Source: an uncultured Candidatus Saccharibacteria bacterium
Lineage (GTDB): Bacteria; Patescibacteriota; Minisyncoccia; Phycocordibacterales; PALSA-1337
Length of the DNA stretch: 64,000 bases
Direction: 5' to 3'
NCBI GenBank assembly: GCA_964412585.1
Contig: CAYPPJ010000006.1
Coordinates: forward strand, 31-64,030
Shown here: positions 29,071 to 38,133 of the stretch, in pieces
Layout of the letters: each line of letters starts with the position of its first letter
How positions within the stretch are numbered: position 1 is the stretch's first letter
The notes under the pieces: model-generated
Database searches by the model: none
Told to the model about the DNA's origin: nothing
Seen by the model: the letters and a program-made list of their open reading frames with translations, nothing else
Made by a program: the position numbers and the translations under genes

Positions 29071-30171
29071 ATGAAACGCACGAAGCCCGCAGCAACGCTT
29101 CCCCCTCCTGCCGCAACGAGCCAAGCCCCGATCACGGCGGCAGCTCGGAAAGCAAAGGGGAACAGTCCTGCAAAGCCGGCTGCCGGCCACAAGCCGACAA
29201 CTGGTTCGAACCGACCCACTCCCCAGCCCAAAGCTGGAGCGGCCACCACCAAGACTACCGTCAAGGTCAGTACGACCTCGACTACAGGTCCCGGTAAAGG
29301 TGGTGGCAAGAAGCCGGCGGCTCGCAAGACCGCCACAACTTCTACTGCGCGCACGCGTCCGGTCAAACCCGGAACGCCGTCGCCGACCGCACCGAAAACC
29401 CCGACTAACCAGCCCGCCAAACAGCCTGCCAAAAAAGCTCGCAATTGGAGCTGGCTCTGGTGGATCTTGATTGCGGTGGCAGTCGCTGGCCTGGTGTTGT
29501 TTGTCTTGTCGAAGGTGTTCGGCCCCAAAGCCGCGACTCTTCCCAAGGCAGTGGTGGCGCCCGCCATCAGCAACAGCATCCCGGCGATCACGCCCACCAA
29601 CACGGTTGGTGCGGTAAGCAATGCCGTGAGCGCGGCAGCAACAAATATCGCTCCTTCGCTGGCGCCATCCGCGCCGACGAACGTCCCCGCCGCCGTCCCT
29701 ATCGCGATGAAGATCGAAGGGGATGGAAACAACGGCAACACGATGTTGGTGAATTATGGAACAGTCCATGTCACCGAGACCGTGGGCAACGCTTGGGCAA
29801 GCGTTGACGGTGGGCCGACAGCGGCATACCGTGGTCACCCCGCCCCAGTGGCTGCAGCGCCGCAAGGAACCTGGTTCCCTGCTGGCTGCCTCACCTGGAT
29901 GTCCGTCGAGGTCCCGCCCAACGAGCGGAACAAGGACACATACACTGTCGAGGTCAAGGTCGACCAAAAGCAGTGCATCAAAGTCCCTGTACCACCGCCG
30001 GGCTGGAAGATGTTCTACTCCTATCAGGCAAACGGGCCTCTGGAGAAGTTCATTGACGGAAAGCCAGTCGCGGACGGAAACCTCCCGTCAGGTGAAGTTG
30101 GGTTCTTTGGAGGACCCACGTGCACTGAGTGCACCCTGAAGATCAGCTTCAGGCACCTCATCAAAAACTGA
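29071..30171 (+). CDS. Bitopic membrane protein: Lys/Thr/Pro/Ala-rich N-terminal region, TM helix, Cys-containing C-terminal domain
   Basis: About 125-aa basic low-complexity segment, WLWWILIAVAVAGLVLFVL TM helix. TTGACA-N16-TATAAT promoter at 28947. Confidence 0.75.
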   Translation: MKRTKPAATLPPPAATSQAPITAAARKAKGNSPAKPAAGHKPTTGSNRPTPQPKAGAATTKTTVKVSTTSTTGPGKGGGKKPAARKTATTSTARTRPVKPGTPSPTAPKTPTNQPAKQPAKKARNWSWLWWILIAVAVAGLVLFVLSKVFGPKAATLPKAVVAPAISNSIPAITPTNTVGAVSNAVSAAATNIAPSLAPSAPTNVPAAVPIAMKIEGDGNNGNTMLVNYGTVHVTETVGNAWASVDGGPTAAYRGHPAPVAAAPQGTWFPAGCLTWMSVEVPPNERNKDTYTVEVKVDQKQCIKVPVPPPGWKMFYSYQANGPLEKFIDGKPVADGNLPSGEVGFFGGPTCTECTLKISFRHLIKN

Positions 30172-30402
30172 TCCTTGTTCGATTCAAAGCGCGCGGAATG
30201 GCAACATTCCGCGCGTCTTCTTTTATATACAAATATACGGCTCAACTGGAGGCTATTTTAGTGAGTAAATCATTGACATTTGGTACATAATGTGATACAA
30301 TTGATACATATAACACTGGTGCGTGTGCGGCACTAATGAAACTTGAAAAGGAATTCAAACCAACGTCATGAGCGCACAACATGACCTTATGGTACGAAAA
30401 TT

Positions 30403-31398
30403 ATGAAAAAAGAAGCTGAAGAAAAGCTGGTGGCAACACCAGTTCCCTATCGTCGTACATTGGCGAGGAAGTTGTTTGTCTTGACCGGTAACCTGGTCAT
30501 GATCGCATACTTCATCGTCTTGTCCGCGTGGGGACTCGAGTACATCACACCGTTTGCTTTTGGAGCATGCGTCTTGCTGATGTGCTACATCTCTGTCATC
30601 CTGATGTTTTTCGTCAAAGGATACATGATGTTCATCGCCCCGGTGCGCGAATTATGCGCCGGAGTTCTAACCAATCTGTTCTTTGGCCGTAAGGCACCAA
30701 AGACAGATGTTGAAAGCCTGAGTCTCGATTCGATACCATCGATCGAGGAAGTAGGCTGGGGAGTATGGAACTGGAAGTTCCCTTGGCAGTCTGTAACGTA
30801 CGTTGACCTCAAACGCCACATCCCTGTCGGCGGAACAGAAGGAATTGGGTACACGAAAGACCAAGTGGAAACACCGTTCATGTGGAAAGGCTCCGTAAGG
30901 GTTCCACAGGGATACTGTGGGACACTAGTGCGTATTGGGGACGAGGCCGCCATTAGAATGGCTGAAGCATTGACTGACGCCGCAGTTGCGGAAATGATCA
31001 ACAAGGTCAAGTACAAGCAGCTTCCCTCCAAGCAGACTCATCTTGCATACAGCCTCCGGGAATACTACGAGGGGGATGGCAACATGAGCGCACGAGAAGC
31101 GGGGATCGGTCTCGCTATCGAGAAACTGGTACTCAAGTACGCCAAGCGTAGCAAGCGCGTACAAGATGCCGCTGAACTTGAAGTTCAGGCTGATAGCGTG
31201 AACGCATCAGCGGAGCGACTCATGCTCCTAGACCAAGATACACCTCCTGAACGGCGGATGACTGGCAAAGAAGCAGTCGATCGCGTCCTCACCCTCGCAG
31301 GCCAAGGAAACTTGCGCGTTTATGAGGGCCTCAAAGGTGCCGAACCTCTGATCGAGCTGGAGGATGGTCCAAGAAACAAGAAAGGTGGAAAGGATTGA
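30403..31398 (+). CDS. SPFH/band-7-like membrane protein
   Basis: Two N-terminal TMs, G.WNWKFPWQ, TKDQV, G.AIE.LV and an Ala/Glu-rich tail. TTGACA-N17-TACAAT promoter at 30273. Confidence 0.6.
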   Translation: MKKEAEEKLVATPVPYRRTLARKLFVLTGNLVMIAYFIVLSAWGLEYITPFAFGACVLLMCYISVILMFFVKGYMMFIAPVRELCAGVLTNLFFGRKAPKTDVESLSLDSIPSIEEVGWGVWNWKFPWQSVTYVDLKRHIPVGGTEGIGYTKDQVETPFMWKGSVRVPQGYCGTLVRIGDEAAIRMAEALTDAAVAEMINKVKYKQLPSKQTHLAYSLREYYEGDGNMSAREAGIGLAIEKLVLKYAKRSKRVQDAAELEVQADSVNASAERLMLLDQDTPPERRMTGKEAVDRVLTLAGQGNLRVYEGLKGAEPLIELEDGPRNKKGGKD

Positions 31399-31400
31399 TT

Positions 31401-31910
31401 ATGGCCGACGAGAAAAAAAATGGATTCATTATTGATGCCGCCATCGGCGGTATCAACCTCGAACCAGATTCGAAGCTGAAGTGGTATGTTCGCGCAATTG
31501 CTGGCAAACCACAACAGATCGGTCTCGGTGTACTGTTCCTGCTCATTGTCATCACGGTGTGGTACTTCCGCACGTTCGGCCTAGCCGGACTACTGAAGAA
31601 CTACGACCGTTGGCACACGGGCAACAACGAGCCCTTGTCTTCACGGCAGGCATCCGTACCTACCATTACCATAACCAAGGGTGTGTGGAGTGAAAAAGTT
31701 GACTCATCGGGCCGTTCACTCGATGAACTTAACATCACTCCGCCGGTACGGCGGGCAGTCATGGTGAACGGAGATCCGAACAGGATCTATCACCTCACAG
31801 CACAAAATGACACGACCAACCTCGGCAATGACGTAAAGTCGTGGCAGTGGATGATTGAGCCGGATGAATCCGTCTCTGTCGCCACGGTCGAATACCGACT
31901 ATCACGATAG
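31401..31910 (+). CDS. Hypothetical single-pass membrane protein, co-transcribed with the SPFH-like gene
   Basis: Starts 2 nt after the upstream stop; one TM helix and a beta-rich domain; terminator at about 31926-31963. Confidence 0.7.
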   Translation: MADEKKNGFIIDAAIGGINLEPDSKLKWYVRAIAGKPQQIGLGVLFLLIVITVWYFRTFGLAGLLKNYDRWHTGNNEPLSSRQASVPTITITKGVWSEKVDSSGRSLDELNITPPVRRAVMVNGDPNRIYHLTAQNDTTNLGNDVKSWQWMIEPDESVSVATVEYRLSR

Positions 31911-31999
31911 GACGTGACCAAGCAACTGGCCTGGAAGGTAACACTTCCAGGCCGGCTTTTTTTATACACTTTTTATTATAAAGAAAATAAATGCTAACC

Positions 32000-32287
32000 C
32001 TATACACTATTGACCGTATTCGCAACCAGATTGATGATGCCCCATGCAGAGAGCATAATAAACATACCGATAAGACCTCCCCACATGCTCTTCTTGCCAC
32101 GATCATGCGCTTCCCCACCCGGCTCACCCCAAATCACTTGGAATACACCGTAGACAAAAACTACGACTGCAACTGCGAACATAAGTGTGATAACCGGATT
32201 GACAATATTATCAATTATTGGATTGACTACCTTGCCAACTGCATTAGCATCAATCTCGGCATGCGCCACCTTGAGAAACGGTAACAT
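32000..32287 (-). CDS. TrbC/VirB2-like pilin
   Basis: Two hydrophobic helices with GKKSMWGGLIGMFIMLSAWGIINLV. Confidence 0.75.
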   Translation of the reverse strand: MLPFLKVAHAEIDANAVGKVVNPIIDNIVNPVITLMFAVAVVVFVYGVFQVIWGEPGGEAHDRGKKSMWGGLIGMFIMLSAWGIINLVANTVNSV

Positions 32288-32298
32288 AATCTATGGGA

Positions 32299-32661
32299 TT
32301 ATGGAGTAATCTGTCGAGGATAGTTGATCTGTGGGAACTGGCTCGTCGGAGCATTCGTATCAGTACGGAATGTGTTGGTCAGGATTCGTACAAGGCCCCA
32401 GATAGAAAGGATAACGAAAAGACCGACAATGCCCCACAAAATACCCTTGCCAATCTCTTTGCGTGCATCGGCATTTTCGCCAGCCATGATGTATCGAACT
32501 GCCAAAATGATGATGTAGATGACAGCGACCGCAATGAGAATCTCAATGACGACGTTGCCGATGTTGGTGAGCTTATAGGTCAGTGAATTGACATCCGTAA
32601 TAGCCTGAGCCGAAGCGATAGCTGGTGTCAATACTGCGAGAGTTGCTAATATTTTCTTCAT
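32299..32661 (-). CDS. TrbC/VirB2-like pilin
   Basis: Signal peptide and YIMAGEN...ILWGIVGLFVILSIWGLV. Confidence 0.8.
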   Translation of the reverse strand: MKKILATLAVLTPAIASAQAITDVNSLTYKLTNIGNVVIEILIAVAVIYIIILAVRYIMAGENADARKEIGKGILWGIVGLFVILSIWGLVRILTNTFRTDTNAPTSQFPQINYPRQITP

Positions 32662-32748
32662 GATAATTGTTTAACTATGATTAATGTTGCTGATAATTAT
32701 ACCTCGTATCTTAGAACATGGAAAGTTGACCTGTGGACTAATACCATT

Positions 32749-33348
32749 CTACGGCTCCTGGCCTCGTGGATTGTTAAGCTCGCCATCTAGTTGAGTTGCA
32801 GAAGTCGGGTTATACTCATGACCATATGGATCGAAAGATCCCGTCGGAGAAACGTTCGAGCCACTTCCATTCCCAGGAGTTGTCGGTCCACTTCCGGCCC
32901 CATTGAATGTTGGTGTAGTTGGACCACTTCCTGCTCCATTGAATGAAGGAGTAGTTGGGCCACTTCCGGAACCACCAGCACTTCCTCCAGGGAAGATGTT
33001 CTTAAATGATGTCCATGACGCTGGCTGGTTTGATTCGTTCTGAAGACCAAAGGTGTTTTGAAGAATATTGACCAATCCCCAGAAAGACAAAACAACAAAA
33101 AAACCTATAAGGCTATACATTACGTATTGACCAGCATTCTTTCTATCTTCGTTCGGCTTGATGAAATATTGGATGATATACCATACGAATATAACAACAG
33201 CCAATCCAATGAGAAGAACGAGGAACTGGTTGAGGTAGCTGATAATGAGGTCAATAATGTAAGCCAGATTCTTTCCTGCGGCAAAGGTGATGGCAGGTGT
33301 CAGAAGTGCTATGGCCGTTACGATATGGATCGAAAGATTTTTTTTCAT
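32749..33348 (-). CDS. TrbC/VirB2-like pilin with C-terminal G.GSGPTTP repeats
   Basis: YSLIGFFVVLSFWGLVNIL and three GxGSGPTTP repeats. Confidence 0.75.
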   Translation of the reverse strand: MKKNLSIHIVTAIALLTPAITFAAGKNLAYIIDLIISYLNQFLVLLIGLAVVIFVWYIIQYFIKPNEDRKNAGQYVMYSLIGFFVVLSFWGLVNILQNTFGLQNESNQPASWTSFKNIFPGGSAGGSGSGPTTPSFNGAGSGPTTPTFNGAGSGPTTPGNGSGSNVSPTGSFDPYGHEYNPTSATQLDGELNNPRGQEP

Positions 33349-33368
33349 ATTAATGTATAAAATAATAA

Positions 33369-33788
33369 TTACTTGGTGAGTGCTCCTCGAACAGTATTGA
33401 TAGTGTTCGGGTCGACACCAGACGAAGCCAGTGTATTTATAACCACCTCAACAATCACTCGAGCACCAATAACGACCGCCACGCCGATAACAATCCAAAA
33501 CAACCACTCTTTGAGCTCCTTCATCTTCGATGCGTCTCCTCGGGCCAAGATGAACTGCAAACCAACCCAGACCAAGAGTAGTACGGCAATGATGATAACC
33601 ACGTAGCTAAATATCTCAACGAAATTCTGGACGAGGCCTGAAATAGAATCTACCTTGAGGGGGTTTGAGAGAGTAAAAGTACGAGGCGTATCTGATGACG
33701 TTGCCCCAAGCAACAGTGATGGTATGCCCATAAATCCGACTATGGCGGCAGCGACCTTTGTGTACTTGGTTTGTAGAAAATAATTCAT
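33369..33788 (-). CDS. TrbC/VirB2-like pilin
   Basis: LSNPL, GLQFILARGD...LFWIVIGVAVVIGA. Confidence 0.8.
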   Translation of the reverse strand: MNYFLQTKYTKVAAAIVGFMGIPSLLLGATSSDTPRTFTLSNPLKVDSISGLVQNFVEIFSYVVIIIAVLLLVWVGLQFILARGDASKMKELKEWLFWIVIGVAVVIGARVIVEVVINTLASSGVDPNTINTVRGALTK

Positions 33789-33800
33789 GAAAAGTTCTAT

Positions 33801-34337
33801 TTATGGACTACCTAGCAATGACTTGAACGCAGGATTACTGCTCAACCAACTCAACACTTGATATACGATAAACCACGCCGACAGCATAATTATAAACCCA
33901 ATGAACACTTTGGGAAAGATGGACTTTGCCTTACTAATGTTCTTTTCCTTGCCACTTATCATCAAACCTCCTGCATAACTGAACATTAGAATAGCTACCA
34001 ATACACCCACAACCATCATGATATTGATGAGGTGCTGGATGAGGAGCATCACCGCATTGAAGTCACAAGGCACATAGGAGCGACCGCCAAGATCGGCTTC
34101 TGCCTTTTTGATCAGATCAGCGTTCGGTAGAGTTGGCCCATCGCACACTGCTATTTTGAACGCTGAACTACTTGGATTTGTCGAAGGCTCAGTGAGAGGG
34201 GTCTGCATCGTCTGCGTAGGAACTGCAGTAGGAGGTGGGGGTGGCGGATTTGCAGGCGCAGGAGTCTGAGCATAACTTATATAGACTGGAGCTATAGTAA
34301 GTGCGGACAGAACTATAAATTGAGCAAATGTTTTCAT
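33801..34337 (-). CDS. TrbC/VirB2-like pilin with Cys pair
   Basis: VCDG...PCDF, YAGGLMISG...AKSIF...IGFIIMLSAW. Confidence 0.75.
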   Translation of the reverse strand: MKTFAQFIVLSALTIAPVYISYAQTPAPANPPPPPPTAVPTQTMQTPLTEPSTNPSSSAFKIAVCDGPTLPNADLIKKAEADLGGRSYVPCDFNAVMLLIQHLINIMMVVGVLVAILMFSYAGGLMISGKEKNISKAKSIFPKVFIGFIIMLSAWFIVYQVLSWLSSNPAFKSLLGSP

Positions 34338-34344
34338 GGAGTAA

Positions 34345-35643
34345 TTACTGCAATGCTTGTCTCAATATAATATCATACTCGTCACCGGCATCTTGGATGG
34401 CTTGGTACCTACTCTTTGCTCCACTCGTAATATCCGCGATCATATTGCCAAAAATATCGCGCGACTTTGTAGGATCGGCATCAAGCCAGGTCTTTGCGGT
34501 CAATGCGGCTTCATTGAATATGGTTATATAAGGATCACTTGAACCTTGAGCGATGACATCACGGCGTACCGTTGGAAGATACATGGTCTTGTTGAGTTCA
34601 GAGAGTATTGAAGGATCGGTCAAATATGAAATGACCTGGAAGACGGCCGTGGCGTTAGGAGAACTTCGTACAATAGAAAATGCATTCATGCGAGCATACC
34701 CTGCCTTTATACCTCCGGTGCGAATCTGCGGCAGCGGTGCTACATCAAAATTGAGGTTGGGATTTTTTGTTTGGATATCCTTGAGTTCGGAGGCAAAACC
34801 AAAGTACGTCGCCAAGCTTCCAGCCAGAAAAGCTGACTTGGAGGCAGGCATGCCTCTGTTCCACGAATAATCTGGGCTTGCTGGATCTACAAACTGGGTA
34901 AAGAAATCGACCGCAGGCGTAGGGTCAGCACCTCGAGATGTTTTGAGCGTGCTCTGGATAAATCCGTCTTTATCAGTGCGCGTAATCGGATTGCCCGCTT
35001 GGAGAATAAGAGAAGCCAAGATCTCTCGTGCATTGCTGACATTGGTAAAATCACCGAGTGCAATCGCCGACTTGCGGATATTTCCATTTGTATCCTTTGT
35101 AGTGAGTTTTGCGTTAAGTCCGGTAAATTCGTCCCAATATTTCGGGTACGCTGCAATACCGGCAGCATTGAACATGTCACGATTCCAATACATAACCAGA
35201 GGATCGACAGTAAATGGTATAGCGATGATTCCCGCTGAATTGAGATAAATCGTCCCTTCCTCGATGAAACTGTCAATAAAGGTGCGCTGTGGTAGTGCGG
35301 TAAATGGGATAGCTGCCAGCTTGTCGTAATGTGGTAGCAACATGTCCGCAGATATGAGGACACCATCCGGACCCTGCCCACGAGCAAGCGCTGCGACAAA
35401 CTCCTGCGAAAATGTTGCGGCCGACTTTTGAACATATCTCACGGTAATAGGTTGCGAGAGTACCGTATTGACCTTGGCTACATAATTGTTGAATGTATCT
35501 GCAGGGAATGTACCCCAGAATGTAACTGCGGGAATCGTCGTGCTCGCCGAATTTCCCTTGTACATAGCAAAGGCCGCCACTCCAGCAACAAGAAATATTA
35601 CGAAGAGTACGAGCGTGATAACTTGGAATTTGGTAATTTTCAT
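34345..35643 (-). CDS. Extracellular solute-binding protein (sugar ABC-type, SBP_bac_1/8-like)
   Basis: N-terminal anchor, TFWG, GQGPD, PLVMYWNRDMF, FDVAPLPQ. Confidence 0.85.
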   Translation of the reverse strand: MKITKFQVITLVLFVIFLVAGVAAFAMYKGNSASTTIPAVTFWGTFPADTFNNYVAKVNTVLSQPITVRYVQKSAATFSQEFVAALARGQGPDGVLISADMLLPHYDKLAAIPFTALPQRTFIDSFIEEGTIYLNSAGIIAIPFTVDPLVMYWNRDMFNAAGIAAYPKYWDEFTGLNAKLTTKDTNGNIRKSAIALGDFTNVSNAREILASLILQAGNPITRTDKDGFIQSTLKTSRGADPTPAVDFFTQFVDPASPDYSWNRGMPASKSAFLAGSLATYFGFASELKDIQTKNPNLNFDVAPLPQIRTGGIKAGYARMNAFSIVRSSPNATAVFQVISYLTDPSILSELNKTMYLPTVRRDVIAQGSSDPYITIFNEAALTAKTWLDADPTKSRDIFGNMIADITSGAKSRYQAIQDAGDEYDIILRQALQ

Positions 35644-35644
35644 A

Positions 35645-36163
35645 TCAGTTTCGTGTAAATACAAGACCATAATGATGATCCCCTGCACCAAACGAATCTT
35701 CCAACTTAAAACCATTTTTTTCGAACAGCATCTGGGCCTTCATGGCGGGAACCAATTGTTTTGGACTTAATGCACTGACTTCACTCCAGTCGATGACCAT
35801 GACCTTACCGCCCAGTTTGAGAATACGCTTTATCTCCAAACAAAAATCATCAGGTTTTTCAATCTGAAATAACACGTTAGAAGCGATGACACGGTCAGCA
35901 ATAGCCTCGCGGAGCTTGGTGCCACCAATCTTTTCTGCATTGCCCCAGACAACTTCAATATTTCGCACACCCTGTGTCGAAGCATTTGAGCGTAGGCGTT
36001 CGAGGAGATTTTTCTGCACATCTACTGCATACACACGCCCACTGGAGCCGACTTTTTTGGCAGCCTCAATACTGTAGAATCCGGAGCCTGCGCCCAAATC
36101 GACTACCTTCTGCCCGTCAGTAAGGCCAAATTTTGCAAGATTAGCTGCAGGATCAGAGAACAT
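35645..36163 (-). CDS. Class I SAM-dependent methyltransferase
   Basis: VVDLGAGSG motif I, VYAVDV, RILKLGG. Confidence 0.9.
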   Translation of the reverse strand: MFSDPAANLAKFGLTDGQKVVDLGAGSGFYSIEAAKKVGSSGRVYAVDVQKNLLERLRSNASTQGVRNIEVVWGNAEKIGGTKLREAIADRVIASNVLFQIEKPDDFCLEIKRILKLGGKVMVIDWSEVSALSPKQLVPAMKAQMLFEKNGFKLEDSFGAGDHHYGLVFTRN

Positions 36164-36409
36164 GGGTTAATTATACCCTATTGACGAGTGGCCAAGAAAT
36201 GGGGTTTGGGGACAAATAGCTACAATTACTTTGTTAGAAGCGAAGATGGGATCGGTGTAAGGGATTCGAAGCTTACAGCTTCGGTACAGGTTTCGTATTT
36301 TTTCGGAGCACAGCTCCTCAAAAATATACTCAACCTCTTCGAATCCCTCACGCAAAGCACGCAGGTGCTTTGCCACTCTCCGTCATTCGCTCGTTTCACT
36401 CGCTCAGTG

Positions 36410-36494
36410 CGGAGGGTGAGGGATTCGAACCCTCGATACCTTGCGGTATACACGCTTTCCAAGCGTGCGCACTAGACCACTATGCGAACCCTCC
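36410..36494 (-). tRNA. tRNA-Ser(GGA)
   Basis: Acceptor GGAGGGT/ACCCTCC, anticodon arm CACGC-TTGGAAA-GCGTG, long variable arm, GGTTCGAATCC. Confidence 0.96.
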
Positions 36495-36594
36495 AAATGC
36501 AAGAGATTGGTACTAAAGAAATATAGCAGGGAAAATGCATTAACACCAAACTTTTTTCTCGTATCCCTAATCTCCAATTACTAATCTCTGCCCC

Positions 36595-37488
36595 CTACCA
36601 CCTACCGCTGGCTCCGCCGCCGCCCGAACTCCCCCCTCCAAATCCACCGAAACCTCCGCCGCCGCCACCGTACCCACCAAATCCCCCACCGAATCCACCA
36701 AAAAGACCTGGGCCTCGACCGCCAGATGACCTTTGAGAAAATATAAAATCGAACAACAGTCCAAACACAGCAAGAGCGATAATTGAAATAATGCCCGTGT
36801 ACATAAAACCGGCAAACAATCCGATAACAACACCAGCAATCGCGCCAACAAGACCGCCAAGCCACCACGAGGCAGTGCGGCGGAACTCCCACAACAGAAA
36901 ATTGATCCCAACAAAAAATAGAATCTGTACCGGACCTTTGAATAGCAGCCCCTCAATACCTGTAAGTTCAGACGGACTATGCTGCGTCGCCTGGCCAACA
37001 ACATCATCAGGTGCGCCGAGAATCGGTACAAGCGAGTCGACTGCGTCTGACAATCCTTGAGCATAATTACCCTGTGCAAAAGCTGGGGCTATATCGTTTC
37101 GAATAATTTCGTCTGCCTGCAAATCGGTAAGCGCTGATTCGGCACCATACCCTGTTTCTATCTTAACTTCACGCTCCTTGAGTGCAACGAGAAATAATAT
37201 GCCCGTATCATACTGGGCATCACCTATCTTCCATTCTTCAAAAAGTTTGAGAGCGTAATGTTCGATAGTATCTCCTGCGAGTGTGGGTATGATCGCGACT
37301 GTTACCTCATAGCCCGGGCCATCGCGATATATGGCATCAAGTTTCGCTTCAATATCTTTTTTTTCTTCTCCTCGTAGAACGCCAGCAAAATCATTTATAA
37401 AGCCAGTAGGACGCCCAGGATTGGTGTACGCAAAAACACTGACAGGAATAAACAGTCCGATACACATCATGATCAAGGTCTTTTTCAT
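36595..37488 (-). CDS. TPM domain membrane protein (YgcG-like)
   Basis: INDFAGVL, WKIG...DTGILFLVA...IETGYGAE..LTD and Gly-rich tail ending SGRW. Confidence 0.9.
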   Translation of the reverse strand: MKKTLIMMCIGLFIPVSVFAYTNPGRPTGFINDFAGVLRGEEKKDIEAKLDAIYRDGPGYEVTVAIIPTLAGDTIEHYALKLFEEWKIGDAQYDTGILFLVALKEREVKIETGYGAESALTDLQADEIIRNDIAPAFAQGNYAQGLSDAVDSLVPILGAPDDVVGQATQHSPSELTGIEGLLFKGPVQILFFVGINFLLWEFRRTASWWLGGLVGAIAGVVIGLFAGFMYTGIISIIALAVFGLLFDFIFSQRSSGGRGPGLFGGFGGGFGGYGGGGGGFGGFGGGSSGGGGASGRW

Positions 37489-37516
37489 CGAGATAGATGC
37501 ACGAGCTCTGCACAGA

Positions 37517-38074
37517 TTACTGGAGATTGACCTTAGGTGCAGTTGCCGCGCCAGCCGCTGCTTCAAAATAGCTTATCGGATCAAATCCGAATAGTGACGC
37601 AATCACCGAACGTGGGAATTGCTTGATACCAAGTTGGTACGCTTTGACCGCCTCATTGAAACGACCGCGTTCAGCATTGATACGATTTTCTGTGCCTTCA
37701 AGTTGAACCATCAGATCGCGTACAGTCGCTGAAGACGTGAGGGTTGGATAATTTTCCATAACTACCAAGAGCCTACTCAATGAAGACTCGAGCTCCCCTG
37801 CTGCTACAGCCTTTTCAGAAACCGTCTGCGCACCTGAGTATCGAGTACGAGCATCTGCAATAGCGGTAAAAATAGTCTGCTCTTGTTTCATTGATCCCTT
37901 GACCGACTCGACCAGATTTGGGATAAGGTCGAGACGTCGCTGATAGTCAGCTTCAACCTGATGCCATTGCGCAGTAGTTGATTCGCGGAGCGTGACCAAC
38001 CCATTGTATGATGACCAGCCATAGAGAACTACAAGAATGATAATAACCAAGATAACAATAAATGTTTTTTTCAT
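37517..38074 (-). CDS. lemA: LemA family protein
   Basis: YNGLV, QRRLDLIPNLV, ENYP.L, EGTENRI. Confidence 0.93.
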   Translation of the reverse strand: MKKTFIVILVIIILVVLYGWSSYNGLVTLRESTTAQWHQVEADYQRRLDLIPNLVESVKGSMKQEQTIFTAIADARTRYSGAQTVSEKAVAAGELESSLSRLLVVMENYPTLTSSATVRDLMVQLEGTENRINAERGRFNEAVKAYQLGIKQFPRSVIASLFGFDPISYFEAAAGAATAPKVNLQ

Positions 38075-38133
38075 ATTGATGTAATACGGTACAGATTATT
38101 CGAAATAATAATAGTGCTCACAGGTAATCTCTA

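Noticed and set aside
28968-29967. Long antisense ORFs (257 and 307 aa)
   Set aside because: Shadows of the GC-rich low-complexity + strand gene, which has the promoter, TM helix and terminator.
26384-31970. Integron or prophage interpretation of the ORFan array
   Set aside because: No integrase, attC sites, phage structural genes or duplicated tRNA-Lys 3' end was found.
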